DNA of 64,000 nucleotides from an uncultured Pseudomonadota bacterium (GTDB lineage Bacteria; Pseudomonadota; Alphaproteobacteria; Rs-D84): NCBI GenBank assembly GCA_900320405.1, contig OOHM01000002.1, positions 236,461 to 300,460 of the forward strand, read 5' to 3'. Shown piece by piece: positions 59,226 to 64,000 of this stretch (position 1 is its first letter; each line of letters starts with the position of its first letter). The notes under the pieces were generated by a model. It saw only the letters and a program-made list of their open reading frames with translations, ran no database searches and was not told where the DNA came from. The position numbers and the translations under genes were made by a program.

Positions 59226-62159
59226 TTAATTCAACAGGTTCATTGTGGTTTGGGTTTCTTCTTCTTCGCCCCATTCTTTGCAATAATCCTTTTTGATCTT
59301 TGTACAATTTTGGGTTGTTTTGATCTTGATGCATTCACCGGTTTCGTAATTTGGAATTGTCACAATTTTTTCTTTGTAATTCCATTGAGCAGATACCGAG
59401 CATCCAATACCTTCGGTATTTTCGCATTTATCAATGCTTTCGCCACCGCGGGCAACCGGATTATTTGCGGCATTAATACCTATGCCAACACCGGTACCCA
59501 CAGATGCGACGGTGGCGCTGCCTAAGGCAATGGCCAAACTGGCACCTTTTAAACCTAATGCCGCGCCAACAGGACCTGCGAAAATTGTGAGAACCACACC
59601 GGCCGCAATAAGGGTACCCGCCAAAACCCATTTTCCTGCATTACTTGCCTTTGGACCTTCAGTGGTTGGTAAAGTCCCAGAATTACCATAGGCAATACAA
59701 GTATTCTGTGCGGTCGCCTTTGCACCTTCTTCATCAATTATTTGTGCGGCCTTTACTTGGTCTTTTACCATACTTTCCATTTCCGAATCGTATTTTTCCA
59801 TATAGTTATCACGTGCATTTTTCAACGCGGAATTCGCAATAACTTGGCGCATTTGAGATGTTAGATTTGGAAAACGCATATCGGTCTTGGAACGTCCGCC
59901 CAACATTTGATTATTCATACCCTGGAATTTACGCCCGGTCATACAGTACTGAACCGTTGGGTCCGATTCAATTGCATGAATGGCATTTTCAACCGTGGTT
60001 GTTAGTGCGGTAATCTCGGTACCGAACACCCGGTCATGAATTGCCTTTCTGTCATCGTCCAACAGTGTTATCTGTTGTTCTTGCAATTTGTTAAGATAAT
60101 CGGTTTCGTTTGTGAAAACAATCTTTGTTGTGGGCTCGTAGTCTTTTCTGCCTGTATTATCCACTTCTTCATAAGTTATATTACCCCAATAAACCAGCCC
60201 CGACAATTTACCAACCAACGGGTTATTTGTGTCTTTTATTTCTTCCCGTGTAAAGCCTTCCAGAGAATCGCGACAATACAATTCGGTTAATGTATTATCT
60301 TTATTTATTTTATTTTTGCATACTTCGTACTTAAAACTGCGGGTACCGGCATCATTGTCCACGGCCAGTTCGTCACAGTTTTCTGTACTGCCGCATACCT
60401 TTATCATTGCGGCATCGGCGGCGCGTTGGCATGCGGTTAACATATTATTATCAATTGACAGGAATATACCCTGGGCGATGTTTTCCAATTCTTGATAAAT
60501 TTGTTCTGCGGTTTTGACGGTTTTTGTGTCGTCTTTGTATTCATACTGGCATCCAACCAATTTGTCCATGGGGCACATTTCAACAATTGTTTTGGTATTC
60601 AATCCCACGCATTGGGTGTAATCTGCACCACAACGGTCTTCGGATGTTAAACATTGCTTGAATTCGCGGGTACACGAATCAATACGCATAGACGCCAGGC
60701 GTGCCCGTACATATTCCATAATATTTGGTATGGAATTTTCGCATGGTGTGATTTCGACTTTGCACGCCCCGGACAATGTTTCCGGACGTGTTAAACACAT
60801 ATCGTATGAACCATCTGGGTCGTTTGGATCGATGTTATCCTTGCACGCCTTTTGGAAACAACTTGCGATATTCGAAATGCACGATGTGCGCATATTAGAT
60901 TCTGAAATCAATTCCGCAGATTTAACCTGGGGTGCAACATCACGCAAAAATGTATCCCAAACTTGGTCGCGGACATTAACGCACTGTTGTGTCACGGTCA
61001 TACACAGCGGTCTTTTTGCCTCCAAAATATCATATGTTGATTGTGCGATACTGATGGATGACGATGTGCCTTTGATTTTCTTTTGTTTTATTTTATCAAA
61101 ATTTGTTCCGGTTGTGACTTCTTGAATCAGACCGACACAGCCCGAAAAATCGTCGCCGCATCCGCCGGTCGTTTGCATACATTGTTTGAATTGAACTGTG
61201 CATTGACCCAAATCATATTTGTTCGCATTGCGATATTGTTCCAATGCGGCTTCACGCATTGCGGATTGTGCCGTTGCCAATTTTTGCGCGCTTTGCATAC
61301 GTTGCTGGCGCAGGCTGTTTTCATATGCGGTGCAATCGGAACGCACGCGTTGTTTATACATCAATTCCATCATTGTTGATTGAGATTTGCATTCCGGTAA
61401 TTGCGCGTTGCAAAGTTTCGCCGCCGCACGATACAATGCATCGCCGGTCTTGTTCGTGATTGCCGTGCCATCGGATGATAGTGAGAATATGTCTTCCGCG
61501 TCGGCATCAAAGTCAACTTCGGTTATGTTCCACGCGGATAAATCCAAAGATTTGCGTTTCGATTGTTGTGAATCTGCCTCGATACGTTTCGTTATGGAAT
61601 TTGTTTTATCCATAACCGCCTTGGACGCATCGCCCATTTCGATTTGTTCTACGCCAAAGGTTGCCATTTGGTAAGATTGTTCGTCCAAAGATTGGATTTC
61701 CGCCAATATGGAATCATATTCCGCGTTTTTGTCGCTGCACATACAACGACCACCGTTTGCATTGTCCAACATACAGAAAGAATCCATACATCCCATAAAA
61801 CCGTTCCAACATTTTTCGTCGACAACCGTGTTTTGTGCGGCGGCGGTGACCTTGGTTCCGGTGCTGATTACACTTTGTTTTGCGGCACGTGATACAACGG
61901 CCCCAGATGATGTGCCGCCCGTTGATGCGGTATTGCCCGAAGTGCGTTGGGCCGATTGGGACGATGTAATTGTGGTGCGTGTTGTTGGTGCCGTTGGGGT
62001 TTGTGTGGCGGCGCGTCCGCGCGCAGCGGTGGTCGCGGTTGTTGGAGTGGTGTCACCACCACGTCCGGCGCGTACATTGTTTGCCCCGCCAACGCGTGGT
62101 GCCGCGTCTGCGCCGAATCCAGTAATTAAAAATGCCAATATTAAAAGAATCTTGTTCAA
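59226..62159 (-). CDS. Giant secreted Cys-rich protein with Thr/Ala-rich N-terminus and C-terminal glycine-zipper membrane anchor (977 aa)
   Basis: Signal MNKILLILAFLITGFGADA. 'CWNGFMGCMDSFCMLDNANGGRCMC' module similar to 54231. 'GTLIAAGVVLTIFAGPVGAALGLKGASLAIALGSATVASVGTGVGIG' glycine zipper. Confidence 0.6.
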   Translation of the reverse strand: MNKILLILAFLITGFGADAAPRVGGANNVRAGRGGDTTPTTATTAARGRAATQTPTAPTTRTTITSSQSAQRTSGNTASTGGTSSGAVVSRAAKQSVISTGTKVTAAAQNTVVDEKCWNGFMGCMDSFCMLDNANGGRCMCSDKNAEYDSILAEIQSLDEQSYQMATFGVEQIEMGDASKAVMDKTNSITKRIEADSQQSKRKSLDLSAWNITEVDFDADAEDIFSLSSDGTAITNKTGDALYRAAAKLCNAQLPECKSQSTMMELMYKQRVRSDCTAYENSLRQQRMQSAQKLATAQSAMREAALEQYRNANKYDLGQCTVQFKQCMQTTGGCGDDFSGCVGLIQEVTTGTNFDKIKQKKIKGTSSSISIAQSTYDILEAKRPLCMTVTQQCVNVRDQVWDTFLRDVAPQVKSAELISESNMRTSCISNIASCFQKACKDNIDPNDPDGSYDMCLTRPETLSGACKVEITPCENSIPNIMEYVRARLASMRIDSCTREFKQCLTSEDRCGADYTQCVGLNTKTIVEMCPMDKLVGCQYEYKDDTKTVKTAEQIYQELENIAQGIFLSIDNNMLTACQRAADAAMIKVCGSTENCDELAVDNDAGTRSFKYEVCKNKINKDNTLTELYCRDSLEGFTREEIKDTNNPLVGKLSGLVYWGNITYEEVDNTGRKDYEPTTKIVFTNETDYLNKLQEQQITLLDDDRKAIHDRVFGTEITALTTTVENAIHAIESDPTVQYCMTGRKFQGMNNQMLGGRSKTDMRFPNLTSQMRQVIANSALKNARDNYMEKYDSEMESMVKDQVKAAQIIDEEGAKATAQNTCIAYGNSGTLPTTEGPKASNAGKWVLAGTLIAAGVVLTIFAGPVGAALGLKGASLAIALGSATVASVGTGVGIGINAANNPVARGGESIDKCENTEGIGCSVSAQWNYKEKIVTIPNYETGECIKIKTTQNCTKIKKDYCKEWGEEEETQTTMNLLN

Positions 62160-62282
62160 TGGAAATCCCCCTATTATCTATATAATTCTATCATAAAAAG
62201 GTTGATTCACCAAGAATAAAAAATAAAAATATGTTTGTTTTTGTGGAACTCGATGCGCCGGGATAATACCTTTATTTTTTTG

Positions 62283-62312
62283 AAATAAAAAACCGTCCAC
62301 GGGGGACGGTTT
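62283..62312 (-). terminator. Rho-independent terminator for the upstream minus-strand gene
   Basis: On the minus strand, 'ccgtcc cccgt ggacgg' plus T6. Confidence 0.55.
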
Positions 62313-62335
62313 AAGGGACACCAAGCCAAACTTTC

Positions 62336-64000
62336 TTATTCTATACGAAACGGACAATCCGCCGGATTCATATACTGGGTCACTTTTGCCGCACGTGGAC
62401 GGCATTCGTTTATCCGTGTGTGGTATTTGCACGCGGTGGATACCAACATTGATGCCGGTGTGTATATAACACGTGCAACTTCACATTTTGTTGGGTCGTT
62501 GTTATATACCTGGCACGCATCGTTCCATTCGGTGCAATTTTTTACATTAGGATAATCATCATCCGATGGTGTGTCGGGGTTGACCGGGGTCACCTGACAC
62601 ACGCCGTACGATTGTGCCACCGGCAGGTTTGCGATACATGCACTGCCAGATTTTTTGCACGGATTTTGCACCAAAGTCGTGCTGGACAAATTGCCTGGGC
62701 GATAATTGAACTGGGCTGCCTCGCATTCATCCAAATCTGTGAACAGTGCGCATGTCAATTGCCAATTGTCGCAGTTCGTGACAACCGCCGTCGGTGCCAA
62801 TGTTTGCGGCAATTTCAATGCCCATTTGACATAGAAGTCACGCAGGCGGTCAATCGTATACGATTTACCAAAACCAACCCGTGCAAGGCCGTCTGCCACG
62901 CGGCAATTAATGTTGTTGCGTTCAACAAATGCCGTGATTGCGGTTGCGGTTCCACCAACGGCCGCGCCGGTACCCGCACCAATCAAAGTCGTTTTTACAC
63001 GATTTGATTTTTGACCTTCCAATATATCAATAGAATTGAATATACGTCCCAACATCGCGAGTTCTTTTTCAAATGTTTCTTGGTTTACACAACCTTGCCC
63101 CGTGCCGTGGCAGTATACATCCAACCCGTTTTGACGCGCTTTGTTCAATTCGCGGAATAAACAGTTTTCAACCGCAGATTTAACTTCGCTTTCATTTTCG
63201 TCTGCACATGGACCGTCTTTTGTGCGTAACGCGCTTATAATTTCTTGGATTTTGTTTTCGTCGCAATCGCCACTGCATTCAATATTCCAATCACGTATCA
63301 CGGTCTTTGTACATTCGGTTTGTTCCTGGGTGCGACAAAGTTCCAACGCGGCTTTGCCCGAATTCCACAGGTCATACAATTCGATAATTTCATTGCATTG
63401 TGCCTGGGTCATTGTGCGGTCTGCACTGGACAAAGTTGAATCGATGTATTGATTCAATGGACCAATTTTTTGGTTGTCTTGCAATTTCTTTAACAATTGG
63501 TTCCGCAATGTCTCATTGCTGCATTCAAAGTCGCGGTCGCCGTGACCCGCCAATGCACCGATTCCGGCACCAACCAATGTTCCGCCCGGTATGGCCACCG
63601 CCGCGGTCGTTTTGGTTTTTGGCATTAACGAGAATCCAAACAAATCTTTGTTGCATGTAAATGTCGATCCCGCAGATTGCCATACTTCGGCCATAGTTTC
63701 GTCACCGACCAGACCGAACAGCCAACTGTTCGTGATGGGGGTGTCTTTGTTGTATGCCGCGACGCGCAACAAACATTGTGCACGTTCCGCATCCCAACGC
63801 GCATAGTATCCGCGTTCACCGTCAATGCCGGTGCGGTTTACCTCTACACCCAACGGGTTATTCTTGGTCAATGAATCGTTCAATGCGCTGTTGTATGCAC
63901 CAACGCGTTGGTTGTATTCACTGGTCACACGGTCGGAATCAGATACTGCGTCAAACGCAACGCCGTATGTGTTCCGGTCCAACAACAGACAGGTGTTTTC
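62336..64000 (-). CDS. Large Cys-rich secreted/membrane protein with two glycine-zipper segments (N-terminus outside the window)
   Basis: The ORF is open at the window end. 'AAVAIPGGTLVGAGIGALAGHGD' and 'LIGAGTGAAVGGTATAITAF' glycine zippers. Many Cys. Confidence 0.55.
   Translation of the reverse strand, partial: ENTCLLLDRNTYGVAFDAVSDSDRVTSEYNQRVGAYNSALNDSLTKNNPLGVEVNRTGIDGERGYYARWDAERAQCLLRVAAYNKDTPITNSWLFGLVGDETMAEVWQSAGSTFTCNKDLFGFSLMPKTKTTAAVAIPGGTLVGAGIGALAGHGDRDFECSNETLRNQLLKKLQDNQKIGPLNQYIDSTLSSADRTMTQAQCNEIIELYDLWNSGKAALELCRTQEQTECTKTVIRDWNIECSGDCDENKIQEIISALRTKDGPCADENESEVKSAVENCLFRELNKARQNGLDVYCHGTGQGCVNQETFEKELAMLGRIFNSIDILEGQKSNRVKTTLIGAGTGAAVGGTATAITAFVERNNINCRVADGLARVGFGKSYTIDRLRDFYVKWALKLPQTLAPTAVVTNCDNWQLTCALFTDLDECEAAQFNYRPGNLSSTTLVQNPCKKSGSACIANLPVAQSYGVCQVTPVNPDTPSDDDYPNVKNCTEWNDACQVYNNDPTKCEVARVIYTPASMLVSTACKYHTRINECRPRAAKVTQYMNPADCPFRIE

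Overview
This window is chromosomal DNA from a moderately low-GC alphaproteobacterium. The alphaproteobacterial call rests on a CcrM-type DNA methyltransferase, TolB, and an str/S10/spc/alpha ribosomal-protein gene order. It carries a conserved housekeeping backbone:
- dnaN 3' end, efp, class II aldolase, tolB, ftsEX, plsC-like, rbfA, lepA, acpP-fabF, ccrM, nrdR, slt, rnhB, pgk, an acyl-CoA synthetase, tRNA-Pro, mltG.
- The complete rpsL-rpsG-fusA-tuf-S10-spc-alpha ribosomal super-operon through rpoA-rplQ.

Accessory material is interleaved with this backbone:
1. A paralogous family of secreted Thr/Gly-rich, tail-fibre/adhesin-like proteins. They share a conserved N-terminal 'VTS[KR]xYVD..KQ..IP' module and have variable Cys-containing C-termini. 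The genes are at 9503-10579, 23168-23695 and 29351-29749, plus a start-less cassette at 29775-30593. Two of them sit behind a near-identical leader that contains about 50 bp flanked by 21-bp inverted repeats. This segment is in opposite orientation at the two loci, which makes it a candidate invertible promoter switch.
2. A set of large, cysteine-rich, Q-rich secreted proteins with glycine-zipper anchors. One block of about 3.5 kb is inserted between rpsK and rpoA, inside the ribosomal operon. Two further giant ORFs follow rplQ.
3. An extra tightly coupled ORF between rpmD and rplO, and no adk between secY and rpsM.
4. An AT-rich islet with an Abi_2/HEPN-like gene.
5. A degenerate P4-type integrase homologue with two tandem small Cys-proteins between lepA and acpP.
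6. A duplicated tRNA-Pro 3' end with a terminator, resembling an att scar.
7. Several families of GC-rich palindromic MITE/RPE-like repeats.

No rRNA, CRISPR array or intact prophage is visible. Every call is made by eye from the ORF translations and the sequence. Homology assignments are motif-level inferences that need database confirmation.
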